From Rhynchopus sp. YZ270_cl-10 (Eukaryota): DNA of 64,000 bases. Of the stretch, positions 1-12,639 are shown piece by piece. The position numbers and the translations under genes are program-made. Location: positions 1,612,001 through 1,676,000 of the forward strand of contig OZ037845.1 of the NCBI GenBank assembly GCA_964035575.1, written 5' to 3'. A model generated the notes under the pieces. It had not been told where the DNA came from. It saw only the letters and a program-made list of their open reading frames with translations, and did not search any database. Each line of letters begins with the position of its first letter. Within the stretch, counting starts at the first letter, position 1.

Positions 1-2
1 CT

Positions 3-2693
3 GACGCCACTGTGTTCACAAAGAACCCTGGTCTGTGCAAGGATGGCGGCTCACCTGCTGTGACACCCACAACTGCTCCTGCGACAGCCTCACCCGTTGT
101 TGTCACCTCAGCACCAGCAGGTGCGCCTGGTGGAGGCACACCACCTGCTGGTGGAGGTGGCAGCACGTGCCCTTTGACAGACTGGGAACAGGGTATCCTT
201 GACTCACACAACACATGGCGTGCAGCAACATCGCCACCTGCAAAGGACATGGTCCGCATCAGGTGGGACACGAACATCCAAGCCAACATGGCTGCACACC
301 TGAGCACCTGCGACAGTCAGTGGCCACACTCCGACCAGAATACACAGCGCAAAGATGTTGGTGGGTACGAGTGGCTTGGTGAGAACCTGGCGTACTGTGC
401 TGGCACTGGTTGTGCTGCAAAGCTGGCCAGCGGCACTCCTGGGTACATCGGGAAGGGGTGGTGGGACGAGAAGGATGACTACAACTACGCCACAGACACG
501 TCGAGCGGCATCACATCGCACTACACACAGATGGCATCCTCGAACATCTACGCAATGGGATGTGTGGCACAGAAGTGTGCTGGTCCTGGTCCTTACAACT
601 GGCAGGGAGAGTGGTGGTGGTTTGGCTGTCAGTACGGTGAGCGTGGTCGTGGGTACTGGTCTGGCACGAAGCCTTTCGATGAGGGGACAGGTGGTCTGAT
701 TGAGCCTGACGCCACTGTGTTCACAAAGAACCCTGGTCTGTGCAAGGATGCCAGCACTGCCGTGACCACTGCACCTGCTGTTGTCACACCGACGACAGCA
801 CCAACAACTACGGCACCTGACACAACAGCACCTGTGACCACCGCACCTACTGCGGCTGTTGTTACCTCTGCCCCTGGTGTCGTCGCACAGACGAATGCAC
901 CTGCTCTTGCGACAGCCTCACCCGTTGTTGTCACCTCAGCACCAGCAGGTGCGCCTGGTGGAGGCACACCACCTGCTGGTGGAGGTGGCAGCACGTGCCC
1001 TTTGACAGACTGGGAGCAGGGTATCCTTGACTCACACAACACATGGCGTGCAGCAACATCGCCACCTGCAAAGGACATGGTCCGCATCAGGTGGGACACG
1101 AACATACAAGCAAACATGGCTGCACACCTGCGCACCTGCGACAGTCAGTGGCCACACTCCGACCAGAATACACAGCGCAAAGACGTTGGTGGGTACGAGT
1201 GGCTTGGTGAGAACCTGGCGTACTGTGCTGGCACTGGTTGTGCTGCAAAGCTGGCCAGCGGTACTCCTGGGTACATCGGGAAGGGATGGTGGGACGAGAA
1301 GGATGACTACAACTACGCCACAGACACGTCGAGCGGCATCACATCGCACTACACACAGATGGCGTCTTCGAACATCTATGCAATGGGATGTGTGGCACAG
1401 AAGTGTGCTGGTCCTGGTCCTTACAACTGGCAGGGAGAATGGTGGTGGTTTGGCTGTCAGTACGGTGAGCGTGGTCGTGGGTACTGGTCTGGCACGAAGC
1501 CTTTCGATGAGGGGACAGGTGGTCTGATTGAGCCTGACGCCACTGTGTTCACAAAGAACCCTGGTCTGTGCAAGGATGCCAGCACTGCCGTGACCACTGC
1601 ACCTGCTGTTGTCACACCGACGACAGCACCAACAACTACGGCACCTGACACAACAGCACCTGTGACCACCGCACCTACTGCGGCTGTTGTTACCTCTGCC
1701 CCTGGTGTCGTCGCACAGACGAATGCACCTGCGACGGTGATGCCTGCTACGGACACTCCAGTTACCACTGCACCTACTGTGACAGCTGCACCTGTACCTT
1801 CTGTGTCACCTGAAACTTCTGTACCCGTGACTGCAGCACAAACTACTGCGCCTGTTACTATGGCTCCCAAGACGACTGCTCCTGTTACCCTAACCCCTGA
1901 GACTGTGGCACCTGTGACGATTGCACCTGTTTCTGTTGTCACAGCAACACCTGTTACTTCTGCACCAGTTCTAGTTTCCTCCCTACCTGCGACTTCTCCA
2001 CCAGTGACGATTCCTGCCACGACTCTGGTTCCAGTTACTTCTGCACCTCCTGCAACCGGTTCCAGACCGCCGGTTACCGCATCTCCAGTTACAGTAGCTG
2101 TGACGAGTGCACCTGCCACGTCTGTCACGATGTCTTCGGCACCACTGCGCAAAACGTCTGCGCCCTCTGTCGCAGGTCAGACCTTTGCTCCTGCCACTGC
2201 TGTCACAGACACGACGTCTCCGACAACGAGGTCTGTCACGAATGCTCCTGCCAGCACCCCACCTGCCACAGTCAGCCCAACGGTTTCAACGCGAACAATG
2301 TCACCTTCTGCATCCAGTACTGCACCTACTTCAGGGTTGACAGGAGGACCAGCAGCAGTGCTTGTGAACGCGACTGAGGTGCCTGCCGGAAGCAGCACAG
2401 CTGCACCGAGCACTGCAGTTTCGGACACCATTGTGCCTGGTACTGTGCGGACCCCTTCTCCAACAGGAGTGCTGACTGCCGCAGGGTCAGAGAGTGACGA
2501 CGAGGATGATGATGGAACGTTCCCGTGGCTGCTGTTTGTGCTTGGTGGTGTGTTCTTGCTGTTGTGTGGTTTGGCTGCTGCGTACTTCTACAGAAAAAGA
2601 GCTGCGGATCGTTCACTTAAGTTGGACGACTTCTTTGAAGACCTCGGACAGGACATGCCTCAGCAGAGCAGTGATCAGTACACCACGATTTGA
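3..2693 (+). CDS. CAP/SCP (PR-1-like) multi-domain mucin-like type I membrane protein, 5'-partial
   Basis: The frame is open from the window start (tail of one domain, DATVFTKNPGLC). Two full CAP domains follow (HNTWR, WPHS, GENL, WWDE, SHYTQM), as an ~828-bp tandem duplication, then a T/P/A/S stalk, TM segment FPWLLFVLGGVFLLLCGLAAAYFY and a tail ending YTTI. Confidence 0.9.
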   Translation, partial: DATVFTKNPGLCKDGGSPAVTPTTAPATASPVVVTSAPAGAPGGGTPPAGGGGSTCPLTDWEQGILDSHNTWRAATSPPAKDMVRIRWDTNIQANMAAHLSTCDSQWPHSDQNTQRKDVGGYEWLGENLAYCAGTGCAAKLASGTPGYIGKGWWDEKDDYNYATDTSSGITSHYTQMASSNIYAMGCVAQKCAGPGPYNWQGEWWWFGCQYGERGRGYWSGTKPFDEGTGGLIEPDATVFTKNPGLCKDASTAVTTAPAVVTPTTAPTTTAPDTTAPVTTAPTAAVVTSAPGVVAQTNAPALATASPVVVTSAPAGAPGGGTPPAGGGGSTCPLTDWEQGILDSHNTWRAATSPPAKDMVRIRWDTNIQANMAAHLRTCDSQWPHSDQNTQRKDVGGYEWLGENLAYCAGTGCAAKLASGTPGYIGKGWWDEKDDYNYATDTSSGITSHYTQMASSNIYAMGCVAQKCAGPGPYNWQGEWWWFGCQYGERGRGYWSGTKPFDEGTGGLIEPDATVFTKNPGLCKDASTAVTTAPAVVTPTTAPTTTAPDTTAPVTTAPTAAVVTSAPGVVAQTNAPATVMPATDTPVTTAPTVTAAPVPSVSPETSVPVTAAQTTAPVTMAPKTTAPVTLTPETVAPVTIAPVSVVTATPVTSAPVLVSSLPATSPPVTIPATTLVPVTSAPPATGSRPPVTASPVTVAVTSAPATSVTMSSAPLRKTSAPSVAGQTFAPATAVTDTTSPTTRSVTNAPASTPPATVSPTVSTRTMSPSASSTAPTSGLTGGPAAVLVNATEVPAGSSTAAPSTAVSDTIVPGTVRTPSPTGVLTAAGSESDDEDDDGTFPWLLFVLGGVFLLLCGLAAAYFYRKRAADRSLKLDDFFEDLGQDMPQQSSDQYTTI

Positions 2694-2813
2694 TGTCTGG
2701 AATGGACTTACGAATTGCGGTTACGAATCACGACACCGAAATGATAGAGTACACGCCATTAACTTGTTGTGTGCCCGTGAGTGAATCACATTCTTTGAAA
2801 CCTGGTTGTTTTA

Positions 2814-3124
2814 CAGTAAGTAGCAAAAGTCCCGCCTAGCAAGCGCAAGTCGCTGGCGCTTTTCTTGTTGATCCTCTTTTTCTTAGGCGGTACTTGATTT
2901 AGGATAACTTTTCTTTCACTTCGTCATGATTAATTTTTTGGGCCATCTTTTTTTTCTTTTTTCATACTCAAAAATGTAAGACATTGCACCGTATACGTGC
3001 TTCTTACATGGGAACTGACCCCCCTACCTAGGTAAAGATACCTCTGCAGATAATAAAGCTTCCGCCTAGCAAATGGGCAGCTTGTAAATCGACGCCGGTT
3101 AGGTGGGGCTTTTGCTACTTACTG
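2814..3124. mobile_element. MITE, Tc1/mariner-like
   Basis: Imperfect ~25-bp TIRs cagtaagtagcaaaagtcccgccta / taggtggggcttttgctacttactg. Left flank TA, right flank TT. Confidence 0.65.
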
Positions 3125-3345
3125 TTTGTTGCATGTTGAGCGCCACCTTTGTTCATGTCAGTGTGCTTTTTCACGTGACCGACCAGTCATTTGTTTGATA
3201 TGATGTTAGACGAACGTGTTTCGCAGACACGGTTCGTTTCTGTTCTTTTTTTTTCTTTTTTTTGCTACTGTCACAAGAGGGCTTTGTATATCAAGTCAAC
3301 TTTTTTTTTGCGATTTGTCTACACATTTTTTTTTTAACCCTTTAC

Positions 3346-5125
3346 CAGGGCTTCCCGCAGGATCTGGGGGTTTGGCCTCCCAGGGGGACCAGCCAAAAAA
3401 AGGTGAAAAAAATTTTTTTTTCGCGCCTTCAGGGTTTCCGCCAGGATTTGGGGTTTCAGAAATTGGGGGGGACCATCAAAAAGACCCCCCAAAATTTTTT
3501 TTCTCCCCGCAATAGCGGTCGTCGCGCGCTTCGCGCGCGCCTCCCTGCAGGCCACAGAGTGGAGAGGCGAAGGGTGTGACAACCGTGGGAGTCTCCTTCT
3601 TGACAGCAAAGACAAGTCTGCTCTGCCAGCTTTGGCACAACTTTTTTGCGCCAGGCTTTTTAGCACCAGGTTAGATAGCCGTGCTAAGCTTCACAGCTGC
3701 GTTGTCTGGTAGAGGTAGGTAAGGGGTCTTGTGAGAGTGGAGGGTGATGGTATTTGCTTTTTTCCTTGTATGGCGCCACACAGTGATTGCAGTGCTGCAG
3801 TTGGAACATGTAATGAAAGTGTATGTACTCGTCGCTTGCCGAAGCCTCCTTTTAAAAGGGGCAATGCTCGGAAGTATCAATGGTATCAATAATATCAACA
3901 TCAAAGAGCCAGCAACACAGCGCCGCAGGCGCACGGTACGCTACTTTTTTATTTTTTTAGAGTTCGCCATCCCCTTTTCTTCCACTCCTTTTGACACAGC
4001 GAGTCAAATGCTCTGCACGGTGGGGTCACATGACCACGGGGGGTCATCTACAACCTCCAAAACCCATTTTTCTTAGGGGGGACCATGGTACCCCCCAAAC
4101 CCCTGTAAAAATCCGGATTTTTCTGGGAAAAATATTGGGGGGGACCATGGTCCCCCCCGGTCCCCCTTGGCGGAAACCCTGGCCTTGTTGTGTGTGGTGT
4201 GTAGCACTAACGCTGACGCTACGTTACGTTACGTTACGCGCCTCTACGCACTTTAAGTGGTCAAAAATCATTTTTTCGCCTCCGGCGAAAATGTCCCGGT
4301 AAACCGTTAAAACTGCTGCATTCACTCGCATATTGCATATCATCTCACGTTCCCACCTTTGCGGGATAAGCAAAAAAATCATGTCAGGTCGGTAGCGTGC
4401 AGACGTTTCCTAGTATAGACATCTACAAAAAGAAACGACAGTCATGGCAAAGGTTCCTGGCGAAGCCACGGTACGCAACATTTTAAAAAAAAAATGTTGC
4501 GCACCGATCAAATGGCACTGTCGTTGGTCATTATCGTCAGTTCCCGTAAATGTTACTTCCATATTTTGCTGAACGAAAGTTTTTGGCGAAGCCACGGTAC
4601 GCAACATTTCAAAATATTGTGCTTAAAATTGCACTATTTTACAGCCAAACTATGTCATGCGTGGCTTGCAATCTTGCGCCGCAGGCGCACGGTACGCTAC
4701 TTTTTTCCTTTCGCCATGTTGCATGCTTCCTTTTCCTTCGGCGTTTGACCAATTGAGTCGCGTTCTGGCTGTGACGGGGTCACTTTGTTCATGAGGCATA
4801 CTCGTGGTTCTTTGCAACCGTTATATTCTGCCTCTTCCTGAGCAGATAACTTGGGACTCCGCCGGTCGCTTTGCAAATTCCATTATGGAAAGCTGTCTTG
4901 GTCCAGAGGACTTTTTTGGTGCCATCCTTTCCCCCTGTTAGTTGCCTGTATTTGGATGCGCGGGGACGGGAGGGTAGGAAAAAATTTAAAAAATGTGGAA
5001 AATTCCTAATAGGCAGCTTCGGAACACTCAACGGCAGGCTGGTCCCCCCTGGTCCCCCCTTATTTTTTTTTTTTTCCCCCAGGGGGACCAGTGGTCCCCC
5101 CTGGTCCCCCCTGTGGGAAGCCCTG
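3346..5125. mobile_element. CAGGG-terminated non-autonomous hAT-like element, 6-bp TSD
   Basis: TIRs cagggcttcccgcagg / cctgtgggaagccctg. TSD ctttac at 3340-3345 and 5126-5131. Inserted inside the piggyBac left TIR. Confidence 0.8.
3430..4181. mobile_element. CAGGG-terminated non-autonomous hAT-like element, 5-bp TSD (nested)
   Basis: TIRs cagggtttccgccagg / cttggcggaaaccctg. TSD gcctt at 3425-3429 and 4182-4186. Confidence 0.8.
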
Positions 5126-5499
5126 CTTTACGGACCACGACCGATTTTTTCGATTTGCTAGGATCTTCTCTCCCATAGGTAAAATGAGATCCGATGCATA
5201 TTTTTGATCGTACCTGGCCGCAATTGAAAGATTTTGAGCAGATCTTTCAAATGGAGCAGAAATCGAAATAAAATGAGAAAAATGGAAAATGGAAAATTGA
5301 GGAGAGCTGATATTTTTTTCTGAAAATTTTGAAGAAAAAAATTATTCCGGCTGCGCACCTGTTTTTTCGGTTTTCGAAAATGGCTTTATTTGAGAGATCG
5401 GTTCAAAATCTTTCAAAAGAAAAAAAAATCGATCAAAAAGTCCTAGTAGATAATGTCTCACTGCATGGAGAGAAGGTACCAACCAACTAAATATACCGT

Positions 5500-5700
5500 A
5501 ATTGTACAGAGGTTGGACAGTGCAAAAGTTGGGGCTTTTGGGACTTTTGGCCAACTTGGCATGGTGCTGACAAAGGTGAACGCCGCATCCCCCGCACATG
5601 TAATCTATTTTCAGACGCCTGTTTCCCAAGCAAGAAGAAGTTGTCGACCAACACCCTCCTGCCAGTGTCTCTGTACCTTGACCGTGTTGATATAGATTTT
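5500..5700 (-). pseudogene. piggyBac transposase C-terminal cysteine-rich domain remnant
   Basis: GCWSTTSSCLGNRRLKIDYMCGGCGVHLCQHH...FC resembles the piggyBac CRD (YxCxxCxxxLC) and lies inside the TTAA-flanked element. Boundaries are approximate. Confidence 0.6.
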
Positions 5701-7431
5701 CTGTACAATGTCCCTCAAAAGACAAAATGCAATAAATACACGGAGAAGAGGCACATCCAGTTCAGGGTCAGGAACTGCAACTACGCGTGTTACTTTGCCC
5801 AGTCGCGGGTATTTTCCATTATTTTAGTTTCGATCTGAAGACCGTACAAAATGGTTCACTGCACACCAAAGTTTGAATCCTCTGATGACTCAAGCGCGTC
5901 AGAATGGTACATTATTCCCAAAAAATGACCCAAAATACCCTATTATGTGATAATGCCGGGTGTGGATGAGAGGGGATGAGAGCGTCAAAAAAAATCGAAT
6001 CTTGCGTCTTTTGAAAGATTTCGCACAAAATCTTCTCATTAAAAAAAAAAATCTTCAAAAAGTCCTAGTGGAAGCCAATTTAGGTGGTTGCGTGGACATA
6101 TATGTCCCCTCTGGTCCTTAAAGGGTTAAATTTATATTCGCTTTGTTTGTACGTTCACGTGCATACTACGATTTGTGTAGTCAATGTGGGTGGTGTAGGT
6201 GTTGAACACGATATGACTTTTTTTTTTGTGTTTGATTGGTTGCACATCCACATTTCCTTAACTTTTGTTCGCGTCGAGGATGCTTTTCATGCACTAGGCC
6301 CAATTTATTACTTTGTTTATAATACCTGACCATTGTGTTGTCCGGCACATGGTTCTTCGTTTTTTTTGTACTTTGCTCATGTTCACGTGCACACTGCGAC
6401 TTGTGAGAGACAGTGTGTGTGATATGTGTTGAATGTGGTATATGACAACCATGCCCTGCTAAAAAGGCCTTTACTCAGGTCACCAGTCAGGAGCAAAACA
6501 CACACGCATGCCATTAGCTTGGCTTGCGGTAACGTTCTCGTGCAGTATGAATTCTACAATGGTGTCGTGCACTGCGTCCGTCACGGATCTGAGTATGAAA
6601 CAATCTTTCTTTGTAGGTATCTGTCCAGGATACAGATTGTTGCTTTCTTTTCACCGTTCTTGAATGAAGACGTGCACTTGATGTGCAGTCACCTTTCAGA
6701 TGTTTTCTCTTCGTCGCTCCATGACATTGGGAGCAAGTGCCTGGCGTGTATTGTGTTGGCATGAACATTTTTTGTGTTCCCACTAACCACCACTCTTGCT
6801 TCAGGTGTCCGAATACTGTGACCACCCAACTTTCCTTGCTTTGTTTTCGTTGCCTCGGTACGCATCCGTTTGCATCTATTATTTTTATTATTATCGCCCC
6901 TCCACCCTCCCAAAACGTTAAGCCGCTTTCGTCGCCTTTTTGCGCAGTGCGTATTTGGCGATGAAACGCAGTTTCCAATGATTCTGCTTTTCTTGCAGAT
7001 GTCTTTCGCTTCTTCTATGCTGCACCCTCCCCTCTCTCCACCCTCCCAGTTGGAAGGCCAACTCGTTTGCGACAAAGCAGGGGAAGTATTGTCTCAGTTG
7101 AATGCAGTAACTTCATCAGCTTCAACTGCGGTGTCAACAGGGACAAGCACTGCCCCTCACCTATTTGTCATTATCATAATGTGTCCCCTTCCCCCTGACG
7201 GCATTTGCAGCAATCCATCATTTCTTGGTTGTTTGCACAAGCACACCGCCGTGAATAATTACTACTGTGCAAAAGAAAAATCAAGAACGCGTCTTTTTGT
7301 TTATTGTTTGCTTGCTTCTCTGCCCACACCCACGTACACCATCCACCCACACAGATTGCTCTTTCGCATAACACAACGACCCTCTTGTCGGGTTGTCCTT
7401 TTCCAACCACTCCAAGTCGTTGCTTTCCATC

Positions 7432-10400
7432 ATGATTGTGATATCGATGCTCGCTCTTGCGGGGTGTCCCACTACAGACTGGGAGCAGGGTATCCTTGAC
7501 TCACACAACACATGGCGTGCAGCAACATCGCCACCTGCAAAGGACATGGTCCGCATCAGGTGGGACACGAACATCCAAGCCAACATGGCTAAACACCTGC
7601 GCACCTGTAACAAGGAATGGCCACACTCCGACCAGAATACAGAGCGCAAAGATGTTGGTGGGTATGAGTTGCTTGGCGAGAACCTGGCGTACTGTGCTGG
7701 TTCAGGTTGTGCTGCAAAGTTGGCCAGCGGCACTCCTGGGTACATCGGGAAGGGGTGGTGGGACGAGAAGGATGACTACAACTACGCCACAGACACGTCG
7801 ACCGGCATCACGTCGCACTACACACAGATGGCGTCCTCGAACATCTACGCAATGGGATGTGTGGCACAGAAGTGTGCTGGTCCTGGTCCTTACAACTGGC
7901 AGGGAGAGTGGTGGTGGTTCGGCTGTCAGTACGGTGAGCGTGGTCGTGCGTACTGGTCTGGCACGAAGCCTTTCGATGAGGGGACAGGTGGTTTGATTGA
8001 GCCTGATGCCACTGTGTTCACAAAGAACCCTGGTCTGTGCAAGGATGGCGGCTCACCTGCTGTGACACCCACAACTGCTCCTGCGACACCTTCACCAGTT
8101 GTTGTCACCTCAGCACCAGCAGGTGCACCTGGTGGAGGCACACCACCTGCTGGTGGAGGTGGTGGCAGCACGTGTGCTTTGACCGACTGGGAGCAGGGTA
8201 TCCTTGACTCACACAACACATGGCGTGCAGCAACATCGCCACCTGCAAAGGACATGGTCCGCATCAGGTGGGACACGAACATCGAGACCAACATGGCTAA
8301 ACACCTGCGCACCTGTAACAAGGAATGGCCACACTCCGACCAGAATACAGAGCGCAAAGATGTTGGTGGGTACGAGTTGCTTGGTGAGAACCTGGCGTAC
8401 TGTGCTGGTTCAGGTTGTGCTGCAAAGCTGGCCAGCGGCACTCCTGGGTATATCGGGAAGGGATGGTGGGACGAGAAGGATGACTACAACTACGCCACAG
8501 ACACATCGACCGGCATAACGTCTCACTACACACAGATGGCATCCTCGAACATCTACGCAATGGGATGTGTGGCGCAGAAGTGTGCTGGTCCTGGTCCTTA
8601 CAACTGGCAGGGAGAGTGGTGGTGGTTCGGCTGTCAGTACGGTGAGCGTGGTCGTGCGTACTGGTCTGGCACGAAGCCTTTCGATGAGGGGACAGGTGGT
8701 TTGATTGAGCCTGATGCCACTGTGTTCACAAAGAACCCTGGTCTGTGCAAGGATGGCGGCTCACCTGCTGTGACCACTGCACCTGCTGTTGTCACACCGA
8801 CGACAGCACCAACAACTACGGCACCTGACACAGTTGCTCCTGCAACCACACCACCTGCGACAGCAGCACCTGCGACAGCAGCACCTGCGACAGCAGCACC
8901 TGCGACAGCAGCACCTGCGACAGCAGCACCTGCGAGCATGGTACCAACAACTTCGGCATCTCTCACTGGAGCTCCGGTAACCACATCAGCTGCGACCACT
9001 TCACCGACAACGTCAGTTCCCTTTACTCCGGCACCTGGTACCACTTCATCACCAACAGCAATGCCAAGCACTCTTGCACCTGGTACCACTTCGTCACCAA
9101 CTGCAATGCCAAGCACACTTGCACCTGGCACCACAATGTCGCCAACTGCAATGCCAAACACCCTTGCACCTGGCGCCACGATGTCGCCAACACCAATGCC
9201 AAGCACTCTTGCACCTGGTACCACCATGCCGCCCACTGCAATGCCAAGCACACTTGCACCTGGTACCACTTCATCACCAACTGCAATGCCAAGCACTCTT
9301 GCACCTGGTACCACGCTGTCGCCAACTGCAATGCCAAACACCCTTGCACCTGGCGACACGATGTCGCCAACAGCAATGCCAAGCACACTTGCACCTGGTA
9401 CCACTTCGTCACCAACTGCAATGCCAAGCACACTTGCACCTGGTACCACGCTGTCGCCAACAGCAATGCCAAGCACTCTTGCACCTGGCACCACGATGTC
9501 GCCAACTGCAATGCCAAACACACTTGCACCTGGCACCACGATGTCGCCAACTGCAATGCCAAACACCCTTGCACCTGGCGCCACGATGTCGCCAACAGCA
9601 ATGCCAAGCACTCTTGCACCTGGCACCACAATGTCGCCAACAGCAATGCCAAGCACACTTGCACCTGGTACCACGATGTCGCCAACTGCAATGCCAAACA
9701 CACTTGCACCTGGTACCACTTCATCACCAACAGCAATGCCAAGCACTCTCGCACCTGGTACCACGATGTCGCCAACTGCAATGCCAAACACACTTGCACC
9801 TGGTACCACTTCATCACCAACAGCAATGCCAAGCACTCTTGCACCTGGCACCACTTCATCTCCCACTGCAATGCCAAGCACCCCTGCACCTGGTACCACA
9901 ATGTCTCCAACTGCAATGACAAACACTGTAGCACCTGGTACTACCATGTCGCAAACGGCAATGCCGAGCACTCTTGCACCTGGACCCACCATGTTGCCGA
10001 CTGCATTGCCAGACACACTTGCACCTGGCACCACGTCATTACCAACAGCAATGCCAAGCACCCTTGCACCAGGTACCACATTGTCTCCCACTGCAATGCC
10101 AAACACACTTGCACCTGGTACTACTTCATCGCCCACTGCAATGCCAGACACACTTGCGCCTGGTACAACCATGGCTCCCACTGCAATGACAAGCACACTT
10201 GCGCCTGGTGCAACCATGGCTCCGACTGCAATGCCAGACACTCTTGCACCTGGTAGCTCTGGAACAACAGAACCTGTGACAGTTTCCTCTGACACTGCTG
10301 CGCCTGGTACTGTGCGGACCCCTTCTCCAACAGGAGTGCTGACTGCCGCAGGGTCGGAGAGTGACGACAAGGATGATGATGCAAAGTTTCCGTGGCTGCC

Positions 10401-10557
10401 GTTGGTCCTTGGTGCTGTGTTCTTGCTGCTGTGTGCTTTGGCTGCTGCGTTCTACAGAAAGAGAGCTTCGGATGGTTCACTTAAGTTGGATGACTGCTGT
10501 CACGAGCTTTACGACGACGTGCCGCAGCAGAGGAATGATGAGTACATGTCAGTTTGA
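7432..10557 (+). CDS. CAP/SCP two-domain mucin-like type I membrane protein (1041 aa)
   Basis: First ATG at 7432 gives a short hydrophobic leader MIVISMLALAG, then 2 CAP domains, APATA and 15-aa TLAPGTTMSPTAMPS repeats, TM segment FPWLPLVLGAVFLLLCALAAAFY and a tail ending YMSV. Confidence 0.92.
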   Translation: MIVISMLALAGCPTTDWEQGILDSHNTWRAATSPPAKDMVRIRWDTNIQANMAKHLRTCNKEWPHSDQNTERKDVGGYELLGENLAYCAGSGCAAKLASGTPGYIGKGWWDEKDDYNYATDTSTGITSHYTQMASSNIYAMGCVAQKCAGPGPYNWQGEWWWFGCQYGERGRAYWSGTKPFDEGTGGLIEPDATVFTKNPGLCKDGGSPAVTPTTAPATPSPVVVTSAPAGAPGGGTPPAGGGGGSTCALTDWEQGILDSHNTWRAATSPPAKDMVRIRWDTNIETNMAKHLRTCNKEWPHSDQNTERKDVGGYELLGENLAYCAGSGCAAKLASGTPGYIGKGWWDEKDDYNYATDTSTGITSHYTQMASSNIYAMGCVAQKCAGPGPYNWQGEWWWFGCQYGERGRAYWSGTKPFDEGTGGLIEPDATVFTKNPGLCKDGGSPAVTTAPAVVTPTTAPTTTAPDTVAPATTPPATAAPATAAPATAAPATAAPATAAPASMVPTTSASLTGAPVTTSAATTSPTTSVPFTPAPGTTSSPTAMPSTLAPGTTSSPTAMPSTLAPGTTMSPTAMPNTLAPGATMSPTPMPSTLAPGTTMPPTAMPSTLAPGTTSSPTAMPSTLAPGTTLSPTAMPNTLAPGDTMSPTAMPSTLAPGTTSSPTAMPSTLAPGTTLSPTAMPSTLAPGTTMSPTAMPNTLAPGTTMSPTAMPNTLAPGATMSPTAMPSTLAPGTTMSPTAMPSTLAPGTTMSPTAMPNTLAPGTTSSPTAMPSTLAPGTTMSPTAMPNTLAPGTTSSPTAMPSTLAPGTTSSPTAMPSTPAPGTTMSPTAMTNTVAPGTTMSQTAMPSTLAPGPTMLPTALPDTLAPGTTSLPTAMPSTLAPGTTLSPTAMPNTLAPGTTSSPTAMPDTLAPGTTMAPTAMTSTLAPGATMAPTAMPDTLAPGSSGTTEPVTVSSDTAAPGTVRTPSPTGVLTAAGSESDDKDDDAKFPWLPLVLGAVFLLLCALAAAFYRKRASDGSLKLDDCCHELYDDVPQQRNDEYMSV
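9030..10255 (+). repeat. 45-bp coding minisatellite (~27 units)
   Basis: Units like gcacctggtaccacgatgtcgccaactgcaatgccaagcacactt encode the mucin stalk. Confidence 0.9.
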
Positions 10558-12639
10558 TATTTTTTTTTCAGTTACGAATCAAGACACCAAGAAGCAAGAA
10601 GGCATGCCATTAACTTGTTGTGTGCCCGTGAGTGAATCACATTATTTGCATCCGTATTATATTTTGTTGCTGCTGATTTCGTATGTCACTTTTCTTACTT
10701 TTCCGACCCCTGTTCGTGTCGAGTGTGCTATATTCACTTGACCGAATTTTATTGATTTGTTTGTATTGTATATAGACCCTCGTGTTGTCCGAGACATGGT
10801 TCTTGCTTTTCTTTTATTTTGCTCATGTTCACGTGCACACTGCGACTTGTGTATGGTCAGTGTGTGGGTAATATGCGTGTTGAATGTGGTATATGACAAC
10901 CAAGACTCGGCTAAGAGAAGGCCTTACTCAGGTCACCAGTCAGATATCAGCGGCGAACCGTTTACATGTGCCATTTGCTTGGATTGCGGTTTCTTGTGCA
11001 GAATGAATGTCTGCACAGTCGTTTGAGATCTTCGTATGAATCAACCTTTCTTTGGTAGACCTACTGACTCACAGTCAGGTAGGTATCTGTCCAGGACACA
11101 AATAATTTGTTCTCTCTTTTTACCGTTCTTGAATGAAGACGTGCAGTTGATGGGTGCAATCTAGTCAGCTTTCAGGTGTTTTCTCGCACCGTATCATTGG
11201 GAGCAAGTTCCTGGCGTGTCCTGTGTTTGCATCAACCTTTGTTGTGTGCCCACTAACCACCACGCTTGCTTTAGTGTCCCAATAGCTGTCGACTTTCCCC
11301 CCCTCCCCGGTACCTGCGTCTGCACTGCACTTTTTACATTCTTTTTGTCATGCGTCAAGGACAGACACTGCCCCTCCCGTATTTGTCACACTGTTTGCTT
11401 TTTTCGTAGTTATGTTACGTTAAGGTATTTATCTTTATCGAAAGACGACTAAGCACAACGAGGTTCGTTTTTTAGATGCGACCCAGTCATCTAACAATCT
11501 ATTTATGTCTGCGCTCCGCTGATGGTGAGGCGTTTGCACTTTCAACTCTTTATTTATTTTTGCATCCTTCCTTCATGTGACCAAGCACGCTTGGATCATC
11601 TTATTAACCCTTTTTCTTTCTTACCAGAGTAAACGAAATGGATGTGGACTGCATGGTTGGGCTCCACCCCCGGTACAGCCGGTCATTGTACCAACACTGT
11701 CACAGCGGGCTGTTGTATTTCATGGCAACTTTCTTTTGGCTGATTTTCGCTAGAGGCTCCGCCCCCCCCCCAGACCCGTTGGGTGTGCATAAGACCTCCA
11801 GCATAGTGCGCAATCTCATTATTAGCTCATCATAGTAACCACAGCTAGAGAAACGCGCATCATGCGCAACAATATGCCACGAGCATGTTTTGTTTTTGTG
11901 TTTTTTTTATATGTCGTGTGAGAGCTTGCGAGAGCTGAGAGAAAAGCTCATCCCGTTCAGAGGTGACCAAATATAGCACACTAGCGCATGATATGATGTT
12001 ATGTCTCATGATATCCGGTGATCTCATAATGGCGCGCATTGATTGTCATTTGCCACACGTGATAGATCTAGTTGGTCAGACTTAACCTGAAATTTTTCTT
12101 CTTCTTCGTTGATCCTTCCTCCTATGCTCTTACTATATTGAATGCATATGCAGGGGTCCTAAGAGTGGTAACTTTTACCACTTCCGAAGTGACCTTTTTT
12201 ATTTTTTTGAAATTCGAAGGTCACTTCGAAGTGACCTTCGAAAAGTGCCCTAAAAAGTGACCTTTTTTTTTATTTTTTGAAATCCGGTGTCACGAAGTGA
12301 CCTCGGATACTTAACATACACCGGGAGCACGTTGGAGGGTCTGGGATTTTTTTTCTTTTTTGTCAAGATCAGTGGTCTGCAGGGCGCAGGTTGCTACCAT
12401 GTACAATTTTAAGCGATTTTTTTTTTTTTTTGAAATGTTGCGTACCGTGGCTTCGCCAGAAACTTTCGTTTCAGCAAAATACGTAAGTAATTTACGGAAA
12501 CTTACGATAATTACCAACGATAGTGCCATTTTATGGCAACATTTTTTAGAAATGTTGCGTACCGTGGCTTCGCCAGGAACCAAAACGGTGACACAGACCG
12601 CTGCGAAAATTGCCTCACAAGAAAAAAATGTATCTAGTA

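Larger units (their letters stand above)
3338..6125 (-). mobile_element. Internally deleted piggyBac-like element
   Basis: TTAA at 3334-3337 and 6126-6129. After removing the nested insertion, the TIRs read ccctttacggacca / tggtccttaaaggg. A minus-strand Cys-rich fragment lies inside. Confidence 0.8.
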
